A stretch of 64,000 nucleotides of DNA, from contig JBHGNT010000003.1 in assembly GCA_043228905.1 (NCBI GenBank), positions 13,020,001 through 13,084,000 on the forward strand, in the 5' to 3' direction. The position numbers and the translations under genes are program-made. Positions within the stretch are counted from its first letter, which is position 1. The number at the start of each line of letters is the position of its first letter. Below the pieces are notes generated by a model, which saw only the letters and a list, made by a program, of their open reading frames with translations, made no database searches and was not told the origin of the DNA. The stretch is from Azolla caroliniana. Taxonomy: Eukaryota; Plantae; Polypodiophyta. Shown piece by piece: positions 12,769 to 25,685 of the stretch.

Positions 12769-15046
12769 ACTATCTCAGAAGAAAGAATTACCAACTATCA
12801 CACCAAATTGCCAGTGGATGAGATTGGTTGAGTGGTATCGGTTGGGGATGGAATTGCATGTGTTTATGGATCGAAGAAGATTCAAGTAGGAGAAATGGTA
12901 GAACTCGCCAGCAGTGTGAAAGGAATGGCTTCGAATTCTGAGAATGAGAATGTAGGAATTGTTCTATCTGGTAGTGATACCGCCATTAAAGAAGGAGATA
13001 TGGTCAAGCGCATTGGATCTATTGTGAACATTCTTGTAAGAAAGGCCATGCCGGGTTGTGTAGTTGATGCGTTAGGAGTACTCATTGATGGAAAAGGTGG
13101 GGCGGCTGTTAGATCATCTACTGTTGAAAAAGGTTGCATACAGGCATGAGACTAACCAGAACCTGCGAAGGGAGGCCGAGACCATAACATGTTGCAAAAG
13201 AAAGCACGATTGAAGGCAAAGCGGACGAATGAAAATCATCGGGCAACCTAGTAGTTTGGTGAAAGATGAGGCCGAAAGCAGCAAATTAGAGTCTTTTTCT
13301 GGTGACCATGCCGTATTCGTTTGTTCGACGTGTTGCCAAATAGACGCGGATATGCTCCCTGCCTGCTATAGGCACATTATGGTCAGGCTCGATTGAGTGC
13401 CACTTCTCCAGCCGTAAACAAAAGTTTACAACAAGCATGAGAGTAGATTACCTATCTATTCTATTGGGGACGGAAGACTGAACGACATCCTGCCAAGACA
13501 AGCATAGTGGGACCTTTCAACTCTTATCTTATTATGGTCCCAACCATCCGCAGGTAAAACCGGCGAGATTTTCTGTTGGAGGAAAGCCCCGGAAAGAAGT
13601 CGGAGGGCCCATACCACCTGCCTACCTTCCTAACACTTGGTGAATGCCAAGTAGAGAATGGGAAGGAGCCTATGCATTTGTCATGCCCGGAGTTTGAAAC
13701 AGAATAACGAAAAGGCAAGCAAGTTTTACCTGACTTGACTGAAAAGCAATTTTCCTCTCTACAAACTCCAGGAGAGAGTGGACTTCAGGAAATCACAAAG
13801 TGGGTCCCCAAGGAGGAAAGGAGGAGGGAACTTGTGAGGAAGTTTCCACGCCCCTTTCGGCCTCTAGGGTTCAACAAGACCCAGATAAAGTCAAGTTAGA
13901 GAGCCATCAAATGGGCGACTATTCCACACGGTTCGGAGAGCACAACTACGATCACTTCTCCTCGACAGAAGCTTGACTCTATCTTTGAGCGCGGTAGAAT
14001 GAAGACGTGTAGAAGTCAAAGTCTCTGGGATTATTGCACGTAAATCTATTCACGAACCTATGTAAATAGGGTTAAAAGTGGTGGATAGCCTAGTCCCTAT
14101 AGGTTGTTGTCAACGGGAACTGATAATCGGTGACTGACAAACAGGAAAGACTATTATAGCTATTGATACCATTCTGAACTAGAAACCAATCAATGCATAG
14201 GGCACCTTCGATAGTGAAAAATTGTTTCGCATGTACATAGTGATTGGATAAAAACGTTCAACCATGGCATAATCGGTTAAGATTCCCCGAAAGCTGGTGC
14301 TCTGGAATATCTCATTATTGTTGTAGTCACGGCTTCGAATTCTGCTCTCTTGTAATTCCCGACACTACATCCTAGTCGTGCTACGGGAGAGTCTTCTAGA
14401 GATCATGGAATGCACGCATTAATCATCTATGACAATCCCAGTAAGTAATTAGTGGCATATTGATAAATGTCATTATCGCCACATTGACTACTAGGTTGTG
14501 AGGTTTCCCTCGGAGATGTCTTCTATTCATATCTTTGTTCATCGGAAAGAGCCACCAAAAGGTTAGACTAGAGTGGTGTAGGTAGCTCGATTGCTTCACT
14601 TGTCATTGAAATATAAGCTGGAGACGTTTCTCTTTATACTCTTATCAATGTCATTCTCCTTATAGATGGATAAATCCTCCCAGAAACTGAACCTCTCTAT
14701 CGCGGAGTTTGGTTCGTTATTAACGTAGGATTACTCATTAGTTGTGTTGGGTCTGCCGCTTAGCCGAAAGCTATGAAAGCACTTCGTGGCACCTTAAAAT
14801 TGGAGCCAACATAACATCAGGAAGTTGCCGCTTCTACGTAATTTGGGTCAGACCTCGATCCTGCTATTTAGTATTCGCCATATTGCGGCGCTAGGCTTAC
14901 TGAGGTACTTAAATAACTATAATATCCCCTGATCCCTATCGGATGATAGATTGTAGTTATCCTCGCGGCAGTCAATGGGTTCCCATACTAGATCCCTTTG
15001 ACATAGATCGCTTAATATAAGAAGAATTCCCCGACAAAATCAAACC
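12769..15046 (+). pseudogene. atp1: Mitochondrial ATP synthase F1 alpha subunit, two exons (~12769-13099 and 13983-~15046), 3'-truncated
   Basis: Exon 1 reads [24 protein letters not shown]...IDGKG. The spliced junction GGT G|CT TTG AGC GCG GTA GAA gives GALSAVE. The Walker A region IGD*QTGKT and later conserved blocks are recognisable. Confidence 0.95.
13100..13982 (+). ncRNA. Group II intron at the atp1i361 position (883 bp, no maturase ORF seen)
   Basis: Starts GGGCG. Domain V-like GAGCCATCAAATGGGCGACTATTCCACACGGTTC at ~13901-13934. Ends GCTTGACTCTAT (AY). Removing it restores the atp1 frame. Confidence 0.9.
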
Positions 15047-18004
15047 ACACACAACTGTGCATAGCTAAATAGTTGTTTCACCTTTATGTCCACTACTAGC
15101 TAATTAGCTAATAGCTACTATAGTTTATTTCTCAATAAGCATCACATACCTTTGTTGAGCTTGCGTCTCAACATTTTTAACATGGAAAACCCGAATGGGA
15201 AAAACCACGTGGAGTCCAAAAAATCCAAAACGAATCACTATAAAGGGGAGGAGTACAACAAGAGGATTCAAGGCAATGACATTGAATTCTTCTTCGTCAT
15301 CTGACGGCTACAGAGTTACACACACTCACAGACACTCACAGACACTCACACACACTCACACACTCTCTCCCTCCTGTCTAGTTACAGAGGCAACTACCTT
15401 CTTAAATTGTACAACTATATGATCAACTAATGATTCACTACACTCTCATAAAGTTTGCCCTAGTTGTATTTATACTTATTCAACTTTCTGACTATTTATA
15501 GATATAGACCACCTGGGGCACATTTAGAATATTTACAAATATAGTCTCCCGAATTGGTTTCGACCGATTCGGCTAATAACTGAGTTGATTTTTCATAAAT
15601 CGATTTTTAACCGAGGCCGAGTTTACCCATCGACTCCATTCCATTCGTCTCGTCCCATCCGGAGGAACCTGTTTTCCCAACAAACTCCCCCTTCACTCCA
15701 GCATGGGGTACTTCGTCAATCCAACTCTTTGTCGATAGACATTCAACTTCTCTGTTGGTAGCACCTTCGTTAGCATATCTGATCCATTGTTGTTCGTGTG
15801 GATCTTCACTAGAGCAAATTCGTTTTCTTCTACTTGCTCTCATAGACGATGGTATCTTCTTTGGATGTGCTAGGTCCTTGAGTCGTTGGCGGCATTCTTT
15901 GCAAGGTGGTTGGAACTCTCATTTGTTGAGCGGGCAACCTCAACTAGATCCGGATCGGTTGAATACGCCAGAGCTGGATCAGTCTCCAGATAGATCGGTA
16001 TCTAGAACCTAGAGCCATACCAGAGAATTGGATCGTACTCCGGAATAGTGAGAACCGGTAGGCCATTGGAATTCTATGGTTTGAGCCTAGTACATAGGCA
16101 TATTATTCCTTGCAGTTAGTGTCAATCGCTCGTATGAGCATTGAAGTACATGTCAGTACTTCTATTAGTCCTTTTAAGGACTTGTATAAAAAGTGTTCTG
16201 TAGGACATTTGTATACAAAGAGTATTATTATTTTGACTTGATTTTTTTGTGTTGTTCTCTCTCTTGTGTATTCAAGCTTTCCATTAAACCTCCGTTTAGT
16301 GTTCTGTTGTTATCCGGACTAGCTGGTTTTGTCTTGGCTTCCGCACAACATCTTTTACATGGTATTAGAGCGCGAGGATTGAGAATCTTTTGCAGTTGAG
16401 GCGGATCAGTGTGCAATGCCGGTGGCGGACAAGAGCAGAATCAGAGGCACAAAGAGGGTGCCGACAACAATTCTGAACCCTCCGGAAACAGGGGGAGTCA
16501 AAGTGGCACTGGAAATCAGCAAGGAAAGGCCGATACGGAATTTTGGTACTATGGCCACAGAAGGCCACAAAGAAAGCGAATGCTGGAGGAAGAGGGCTAA
16601 TTCGGACAAAGATGGATCGAGTTGGAAACGCGTGGATAGGCGTCATCGATCACACTTTGCCGGAAGCTCAGAGAGAGCCGGGTCGGGATCGGCCCTCATA
16701 ATTAAACATAAGGCCAACCGGATGGGAGTATCCGACTCAGAGTCAGAAGAAGTTTGGTATGTGGACTCTAGAGCGTGAAACCCCATGAAGGACCACAAAA
16801 AGTGGTTCTCTTTTCTCGAGAAGCCGGAGAAACCGGTGTCGTAAAGATTGTGGTTGTGTGTCACAACCGCCGAGGTTCTGTGACTTGGGATGATCGGGAT
16901 GATAGGGTGGAATCATAGATGTTGCGATGACAAGAGAAAGCGAAAAAACAAGATAGATGTGATGTTGTCGCGAAAAGAATTTTATTTGTAAAACATCCAC
17001 TTACAATATTTATTTGCCAAAAGTTACTTAACAAGAATTCAACTCATGAACTCTATTTGAGAAAAGGTGTTTGAAATAGACTACTTCAACTTTTTCATTT
17101 TCTCTATTAATTTAATTCATTTTCTCTTTATAGATATCTAATTTGTTTACCAAAAGAAGTTGTTTTGAGAGGATTCAAAATGACGACCTTTTGTTTGCAA
17201 AGAAGCATTTGAGATACACCACTTCAACTTCTTCCTTTTCTTTGGTGAGCTCTGCATCCCACACCCACGTGAGCTTCTTCACTCACTTTTTTCTTCCGCT
17301 TCTCTCTCTTCTTCTTCTCCCCTCTTCCTCTTTCTCCTCCTTCCCTCTCCTCCTTCCTTTACCCACCATGGGGGTGGCTTTTATAGGGGGGTCAACCGCC
17401 CTACCACCCTCTTGAGGCGGTTGTTTTTATTTATTTATTGTTGAGTGAGCAAGCTCAACCGGATCCAGATCGGCTGGATAAGCATGAGCCGGATTGGTAT
17501 CCAGAACGAAGAACCGGATGATATCTGGATCAGTATCCGGAACTAGGAGCCGGATCGGAGAGACGGATCGGGGAGCCGGATTCAAATGTGAACCAGAAGG
17601 CTAGTAGCAGCCTATACGCGTCTAGAATACTAGGTAGTCAAAGTCCTCGTAGTTAGTGTCAGTCGCTTGTATGAGCATTGAAGTACATGGTGCTTCCGTT
17701 AGTCCTCCAAGGACTTGTATAAATAGTGTTGTCAAGTATATTGTATGTAGAGAGTTACAGAGTGTTATTTTTTTAATAGAGTTTACGTTCTGCTCTCTCT
17801 CTGTCTCTCCCGCGCATATTCTCTGTGTTAAGCTTCCATTGAGCCTTTCTCTCTACTATTGCTATCCGGTAGAACCGATTTGTAATATGCTTCCGCACAT
17901 TCACATTTACATGGTATCTGAGCACGAGGGTTGAGAACCTCTGCAGCCGACAGACGCTTTCGAAGACAAAACCTGAAACCTGGTAAGGACAGACAGAGAA
18001 AGAT

Positions 18005-21000
18005 ATGGACAGAGGTATGACGAGTTCACTTCCCACAAAGAAGCTCGACCGGAGAAACTATGCATCCTGGTCATATAAAATGCACCAATACCTGCTAGGG
18101 CATGGGTATTGGAGCTATATGGAAGGAACCAACGAGGTAGCACCGGAGCCGGCACATAAAGACATCCTGGCCTGGGAGCAAGGAGCGACCCGAGTATTGT
18201 ACTGCCTCGCGTCTTGTGTGCACGATCAGATGCCCAGCTACATGAAGGATGCAAAAACGCCAAAGGAGGCCTGGGAAAATCTTTGGAAGATTTTCGCCGC
18301 GAGTACCACAACCTGTATGTTGTAGCTTCGACAGGAGTTGAACAACATCCAGCCAAGAGATATGTTGGTTACGGACTACACCACTAAGATAAAGGAGATT
18401 TGTGATGCACTCAGGTCCATCAATGTAATAGTGGACGAAGACGAGATAATCCAGATCTATCTCGGTGGTCTAGCACAACAGTATGGGCCAATCCGGACGA
18501 CAATTTGCACCCGGGAGAAACCACCGTCCTTCTTCGACTTACAATCAATGTTGATGGTCGAAGAAAACCACATGAGTGGGTCGACGACCACTTAATCGGA
18601 CAACCGGATGTTGTACACGAAGGTGGATCGACCCCATGGGCGTGGAGGACGAGGTGGGTCGGCACACAATGGTGGTGGCTGGCAAGAGCAGAACCGAAGG
18701 CACAAAGACAGTGGTGACAACAGTTCCGAACCCTCCACAAGCAAGGGGAGTCAAGTCGGAGCCAGAAACTAGCAAGGAAAAGCCAACACGGAATGCTGGT
18801 ACTATGGCAAGAAAGGCCACAAAGAAAGCGAGTGTTGGAAGAAGCACGCCGATTCGGATAAATCCAGATCCGGCAAGACCGCACAAGGAATCCGGCAAAA
18901 CTCGCACTACGCAGAAGGATCGAAAGGATCCGGAACCGGGAAGGGGCGAGGCTTTGTGATGAAGCACAAGGCTAACTCGATGAAGAAGAATACTTCCAAA
19001 TTGGAGGAAGTATGGTACGTTGATTACGGAGTGTTCAACCACATGACGAGCCATGAAGAGTGGTTCTCTTTTTCAGAGAAACTGGAAGAATCGGGGATTG
19101 TCGAAACCGGAGATGACACCCCTCAGCTGATTATGCATGTCAGAGAAGTCCCTTTAAGCCATGTCGGACAAAAGGGGAAGTTGATAAACGTACTACATGT
19201 TCCAACTATCACAAAGAACCTGGTGTCGGTTGGTCAAATCGTCGACCAGGGGATGCAGGTGCGGTTTATGAACCTCGGGTGCTTCATTAAGGAAGAAGGA
19301 AGGATAATTGCGCAATGGCGCAGAGAAGGGAGGATGTTCATCGTTAACACTAATGACATTGGCACCGCCATGTTTGCAAAAGGACCGAAGATTAAATCAG
19401 ATATTGATCTCTGGCATAAGCGGATCAGCCACGTCAACTACCGGGGGCTTCAAGATCTGCAATCGAAACAAGTTGTGTTCGGATTGCCGAAGTTTAGTGG
19501 CCGGAAGGCCCAAATATGTGAAGCTTGCCAACTCGAGAAGCAACACCGGCTTCCATTCCCCATCGAACGAAACCGGAGCTATAACAAGCTCGATCTAATC
19601 CATTCGGATGTATGGGGACTAGCACAGAACGTTAGTCTTGGCGGGAGTCGGTATTTCGTCTCCTTCATCGATGACTATAGCCGGCCCACGTGGATCTACC
19701 TCATAGAGAAGAAAAGCGACGTCTTTGACTATTTCCGGAACCTTCAAAGCTTAGTCGAAAGGGAAACAGAGAGGAAGATGAAGTGCTTGTGGTTGGATGG
19801 CGGAAAAGAATACTTTTCCGGTCAATTCAACAGTTATCTGCAGCAGAACGGAATTCGAAGAGAATTAAGCTGTCGATACACACCGGAACAAAACGGTGTG
19901 GCCGAGAGAAAGAACCGGTCGATTATCGATGCGGGAAGGGAAATGCTAGGGGAGAAGAGCATGCCCAAATTCTACTGGGTTGAGGTTGTCCGAACGGCCG
20001 TCTACATCCAAAACCAGATCGGAGATAAGGTGTCAGCACACGAGCTGTACTTCAGGCGGACGCCGAATTTGAGACACCTTCAGATATTCGGTAGCATAGC
20101 ATCTATGCATGGACTGGATGAGAAGCGGAGGAAGCTAGATCCGAAGTCGAAGAAGTGCATCCTAGTCGGTTACTCACATGAGAAAAAGGGGTATGAGTGT
20201 TATAACCCCCGGACTAAGCAGGTTCGAGTAAGCCGAGATGTGGAGTTTGATGAGTCGGCATCATGGTACTCTCTACCGACTCCAACTTCTGACTCCAACC
20301 CGATTCCTAAACACGAGGCTAGTGAGCCCGAAGAGGTCCAGGAGAAGATGAAGACTTCGGTACTCTAGATGAAAGTACGATCTCATTCTGGCTAAGTGGG
20401 CCGAATAAGCGAGGAGTGGAGACTCTGCCGTGCTCTCCCCACGCAAGGAACTAAAGAGATGATTCACACGCAAAGAGAAGGGGAAGAAGAAGATGTCGGA
20501 ATAGGATACCGGTAGTGAAGGGTCGGATCGGAATGAATATGACCCCGGAAAGGAAGAAGGCGGATCTTCAGAAAGGAAGTCCGAACTAGCTAAGAAGGGC
20601 CTCAAATCGGGTAATGAAAAGTTACGCTGGTCAACCCGTCAAAAGAAAACCGTCATGAGGTACGAATACAATGAGTACATGGCGCATCACTCTGTGTACA
20701 TGACTAAGGTGGTGGAAGAGCGTGAGCCGAAGAGCTATGCAGAAACAACAAAAGATGCAAATTGGCGTGCTGCTATGGAGGAAGAAATGCGGGCACTTGA
20801 TGCCAACAATACATGGGACCTGGTTGTCCCTCCCCGACAATGTAAACTGATCGGTCACAAATGGGTATATAAGGTGAGGCACAATGCCAACGGTTCCGTC
20901 AACCGGTACAAGGCCCGATTAGTGGCGAAGGGATACACACAAAGCCACGGAATCGATTACGACTAGACCTTCACTCCGGTAGCGAAGATGACGACGGTTC

Positions 21001-23580
21001 ATGTGGTATTGGCTGTTGTTGCGGCAAGGGGATGGCATCTTCATCAAATGTACGTGAATTATGCATTTCTTCAAGGTGATCTTGAAGAATGGGTCTATAT
21101 GACCCAACCGCCCGGTTTCCAATCGGAGATGAACAAGTCGGCAGTGTGCCGACTCAAGAAGTTGCTTTACGGTCTAAAGAAAACACCCCGAGCATGGAAG
21201 GAGAAGATCATGTGCTAGTTGCGTAAGATGGGGATTGCGGCCTCAAAGTCTGACTCGTCACTGCTCATCCGGAATAGTCTGGACGGTCCGGTTTGTATCC
21301 TGCTATATGTTGATGATTTAGTCATCACCAAACCCGGACTGGATGAAATCGGCATAGTGAAGTCCCACTTGTCAGACGAATTTGAAATGAAGGACCTGGG
21401 GGACCTTCATTATTTTCTTGGGATCGAGGTGATCTGGACCACCAAAGACATATTGCTCTCACAAAGACACTATGTGTTGAATATGTAGTACAAGATCGCC
21501 ATGACAGAATGCCGACCGATCTCCACACCCCTAGACCAGGACTTGAAGCTACGTCGGCCTGCGATGAGAAACGGTTCTGGCAAATTGTCGGAAGCCTCAT
21601 AAACTTGACAATCACCCGACTGGACATCAGTTATCTAGTCGGGGTGATCAACCAGTTCATGCAGAAGCCGACCGTCGAGCATCTTCAGTGCGCACACCGG
21701 ATACTCCGGTATGTTAGCGGCACGAAGGACCGAGGACTGTTATACCGACACCATATAGTTGGGAAGCTAGTCGAATATACTGATGCCAACTGGGTTGGTG
21801 ATGCATCGGATCGACGATCAACCTCCGGTTACATGTTTTCTCTTGGTATCATGGCTGTTGCGTTGTCGTGAAGATTTTCGGCAACGATGTGAAAATCGCG
21901 TGGAATGGAGAAAATTGAGAAGGTGCAATGTGCACACGAATGAATGGGGTGATGGTTACACTCGTACGTTAGCATGTTGTAAATATAAATGAAATGAGAA
22001 CCCCTAAGGCCTAGAAACATTTTCGTGCATACCAAGGGTGCAAGTAAGGTTTGAACCTTGCACCTCCAAGTTAAGACAAAATTGACTTACCATTAGGCTA
22101 AGTTATTACTTATCATAATTTTATCATTTTTCACATATAAATGTCATACATTAGAGCTTGAATGAGGGACATGGTCATCATACATCACATGCGATGCATG
22201 AGCACCAAATGGCAATCATGCATTGCATGCATTGCATGCATTTTATGCATTGTATGCATGTCTTACACCCTCACATGCATCATATGCATGGGGGCATCTA
22301 TATAAGAAAGAAAGAAGGTATGTATTGAATGAACATCTTAATATTAAAAAACTTACTTATCTTATTGGTGACTTGTCTTGTTTCTCAACATTGATGTCAA
22401 GGGTTCAAACCCGGAATTGGAATTTCCATCCATCTATCTAGCTATCTTAAACACTTCCTCAATTCCCGTCTCTCTCTCTCTCTCTCTCTCTCAGCCACAT
22501 TAGTCCGTCACTTTGGCTACTACAATTTCGTTTCGTGTGATCATTCACTCTATCTCTGGAATTCTCGTCAAGAAGGAAATAGCACCAGCAATGATCATTT
22601 GGCCATCGTCGCCGCCTGCTAAACGTTGCATACCACCACATTACCGCCGCCTATACATCAATCCACCGCACCGCAGATTCTAGTTCGGATGCGTCTTCAA
22701 CAACAAAGAACAACCCAACAATAAACCTAAAATGGCTAATTCATCTCCTCCATAACCACTAGCGGATAGAGGCCCAATGCTTGTCCGCACCTGTGTGGCA
22801 CGCACATCGCGACATTTGGCACGTGTGTCACACACCACATGACAGCGTGGAGCAGCAAAAAGCAGCTGGGGACTATTATACCGACACGCTATAGCTGGAA
22901 GGTAGTCAGATATACCGATGCCGACAGGGCTAGTGATGCATCAGATCGCCGATCCACCTCTGGTTACATGTTTTCTCTTGGTAGCGTGGCTATTGCATGG
23001 AGCACCAAAAAGAAGCCAATAGTGGCTCTCTCGAGCACTAAGGCTGAATACCGGGGCGCTACCATTGCCACCTGTGAAGCCATATGACTTCGGCAACTGC
23101 TGCGAGACCTCCGAATTGAGGTGCCGACCCGGATCTTTATTTATTGTGGCAACGTAAGTAGCATACAGCTCGCCAAGAACTGCTCGGACAAAGCACATAG
23201 AAGTGCATTATCACTTTGTTTGGGAGCGGGTCCTAAGCGGTGAAGTTGAACTTCGGTATGTTCACATAGATCGGCAGGTTGCCAACATCTTCACCAAGCC
23301 GCTCGAATCTGACAAGTTGCAGCATTTTTCGAAGATGCTCGACATTCAGCATATCGATGTGCCGCACTTGAGGGGGAGAATAGGAAGGGTAACGGATGGC
23401 ACTAGACAAGGAGTCGGCACATCCGAACAAGTCGGAGCAAACGGCAGCGGTGGCAGAGCCAAAAAGGACAGAGCCGACCAGAAGAAGGCCAAGACCTGGA
23501 CGTGGTCTGATGTGGTGAAGGGCCTAAAAACAGAAGACGAGTTGGAGACTACCAACTCGGACAAGACCTCGAATGAATCG
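18005..23580 (+). pseudogene. pol: gag-pol of Copia D (decayed)
   Basis: gag 18005-18955 (CWYYGKKGHKESEC knuckle), PR-INT ORF 18956-20368, RT 20655-21871 (ILLYVDDL), RNase H 22870-23370. Confidence 0.92.
21864..22844. mobile_element. Solo-LTR-like insertion 'E2' (981 bp, TGTCGTG-terminus lineage) in the RNase H of D
   Basis: Termini TGTCGTG...CATGACA and a perfect 4-bp TSD GCGT (21860-21863 / 22845-22848). Removal restores GCT GTT GCG TGG AGC AGC AAA AAG CAG (AVAWSSKKQ). Confidence 0.88.
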
Positions 23581-25685
23581 GATCCTAATCGGTTGGATAA
23601 GCCTGAGCCGGATCTATATCCGGAACGAAGAACCGGATGATATCCAGATCGGGGAGCCGGATTCAAATGTGAACCAGAAGGCTAGTAGTAGCCTATACGC
23701 ATCTAGACTACTAGGTAGTCAAAGTCCTCGTAGTTAGTGTCAGTCCCTCGTATGAGCATTGAAGTACATGGTGCTTTCGTTAGTTCTCCAAGGACTTGTA
23801 TAAATAGTGTTGTCAAGCATATTGTATGTAGAGAGTTACAATGTTATTTTTTTAATAGAGTTTACGTTTTGCTCTCTCTCTGTCTCTCCCGCTCATATTC
23901 TCTGTGTTAAGCTTCCATTGAACCTTTCTCTCTATTGTTGCTATCTGGTAGAACTGGTTTGTAATACGCTTCCACACGTTCACATTTACATTTATTTATT
24001 TATTATTTGATAAATTCTACAAATTCGAATTTGTAATTATACATTTGAGAAATTACAAAATTTTCCTTATTTAATTTCGAATCCCCTTTTTGACATAATT
24101 CCATTTGTATCCCGAGTAGCATTAATCCTTCTGAAGGTTGTATTGAACTTCGATTCACGAACCGAAAATTCCTACATGCTCCTCGTCATAAGCGCAAGAT
24201 GGGAAATGTCTTTCTATAGATTTTTGACATTGTTTTGACATCGTGAAGAGTTATCTTCATGACTCCAGGGGTAGTCGAAACTAGATACGACACCCCACAT
24301 CCCATCGAGCACATCGGAGATTTCCCTCTGAGCCATGTCACCCAGAAAGGGGTCATGAGGAATGTCCTGCATGTCCCAACGATCACCAAGAACTTGGTGT
24401 TGGTCAGCCAGAACGTAGATCAAGGAATGCAAGTTTGATTTACTCACCACAATTGCTTCATCGAGGAGGAAGGCCGGATCACCGCACAATGGTGCCAGGA
24501 TGGAAGAATGTTCATCCTCGAAACGAATGATGTAGGCATTGCTATGTACCGAAAGGAGTGAAGCTGATTGGTTGTCGGTGGGTGTATAAAATCAAATACA
24601 ATGCCGATGGCTCATTCAATCGGTACAAGGCCCGAATGGTGGCAAAAGGGTATGTGCAACAACACAAAATCGATTATGACGAGACGTTCACGCCGATCGC
24701 GAAGATGACGATTGTCCGTGTCCTGCTTGCGATGGCCTTAGTGAAGAGGTGGCATCTACATCAGATGGATGTATAAAACGCATTCTTGCAAGGAGACCTT
24801 GAGGAACATGTGTATATGGTCCAACCCACCGGATTTCAGTCTGGAATGAACACGTCGGTTGTTTGCTGACTAAAGAAGTCCCTTTATGGGCTAAAGCAAG
24901 CCCCACCTACCTGGAACGCGAAGATCACGTAGTGATTGCATCGGTTGGGGTTCGCCACATCCAAGTCAGATTCTTTACTCTTCATTCGGCAAGGTCAGAA
25001 TGGACCGGTTAGTATTTTACGTTGTCGTGTTGTTACGCTCTTCGCATTCGGAAAGAGGCGGGACCGTGGGAGCCTCGAACCAAGGGGCATGAGAAAGAGG
25101 GGAGAGAGAGAGAGAGAGAGAGCAGCTTGCAGAAACACGGAGGAGGAAAGAGACAGTGAACAAAGTCTTAATTACAATTGACAACGATTACAACCGGCAA
25201 GCCGGCGACGGACCCAACTCAGGTGGACACACACACACACGATGCTCACGCACCCACACAGCCCTGACTGCACTGTGGAGCCTCTGCCGGAAGCACATGG
25301 GCTCTCCACGAAGCAGAGGCAACTCAGTCCAAAATCCTGCGGAGAACGACGCGCGATGGAGGAGAGGGCTCGGTCCTCGTCCGACAACACTTCCTCCTCT
25401 CTCCCTTCAACCCCCCACACTCCTCCCTCTCTTTTATAACCCAAGGAGGGAGGCTGCTTCCACTTTTTACATCATGTTGATACGCCTCGATTTCCTCCCT
25501 ACCAAATGCGTATTACCTAGGATTTCGCCTCGGGTGACTTGTACCTACCTACGTACTATACAACAAAACTTGTGCCCATGTGGAAGGGCCGGTTTTCGCA
25601 TGTTATACATGGTTTCCGCCTAGGGACGGTTTTCTCCACGACATCTGACCCCACCTAACCGCGCATGCACCGGTATGCGCCAAAA

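Larger units (their letters stand above)
11945..15061 (+). other. NUMT (nuclear copy of mitochondrial DNA) inserted in the 5' LTR of Copia A
   Basis: The LTR sequence stops at 11944 and resumes at 15062, as judged against the intact 3' LTR. The intervening 3.1 kb contains rps11 and atp1 sequence with a group II intron. Confidence 0.95.
7526..15173 (-). mobile_element. Ty1/Copia element 'A', inserted in the 3' LTR of B
   Basis: 3' LTR 7526-7899. 5' LTR 11689-11944 + 15062-15173, split by the NUMT. PBS TGGTATCAGAGC (tRNA-iMet) at 11677-11688, PPT at 7900-7910, TSD TTTTT/TTTTT. Confidence 0.95.
17439..23990 (+). mobile_element. Ty1/Copia element 'D', inserted in solo LTR E1
   Basis: 5' LTR 17439-17911, PBS TGGTATCTGAGC 17912-17923. 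The 3' LTR (~23579-23990) has lost its PPT and first ~20 bp. TSD TTTAT/TTTAT. Confidence 0.93.
16837..24264 (-). mobile_element. Solo LTR 'E1' (~870 bp own sequence, TGTCGT-terminus lineage), inserted in the protease of C and split by D
   Basis: Termini TGTCGTAAAGAT...ATCTTCATGACT and 4-bp TSD CCGG/CCAG. Removal restores AAA CCG GGG GTA GTC GAA (KPGVVE). Minus-strand CTATAAAAG at ~17380. Confidence 0.8.

Noticed and set aside
12832-13149. 105-aa ORF as a functional nuclear ATP synthase alpha gene
   Set aside because: It is part of atp1 exon 1 running into the group II intron. It has no targeting peptide and is unedited and truncated.
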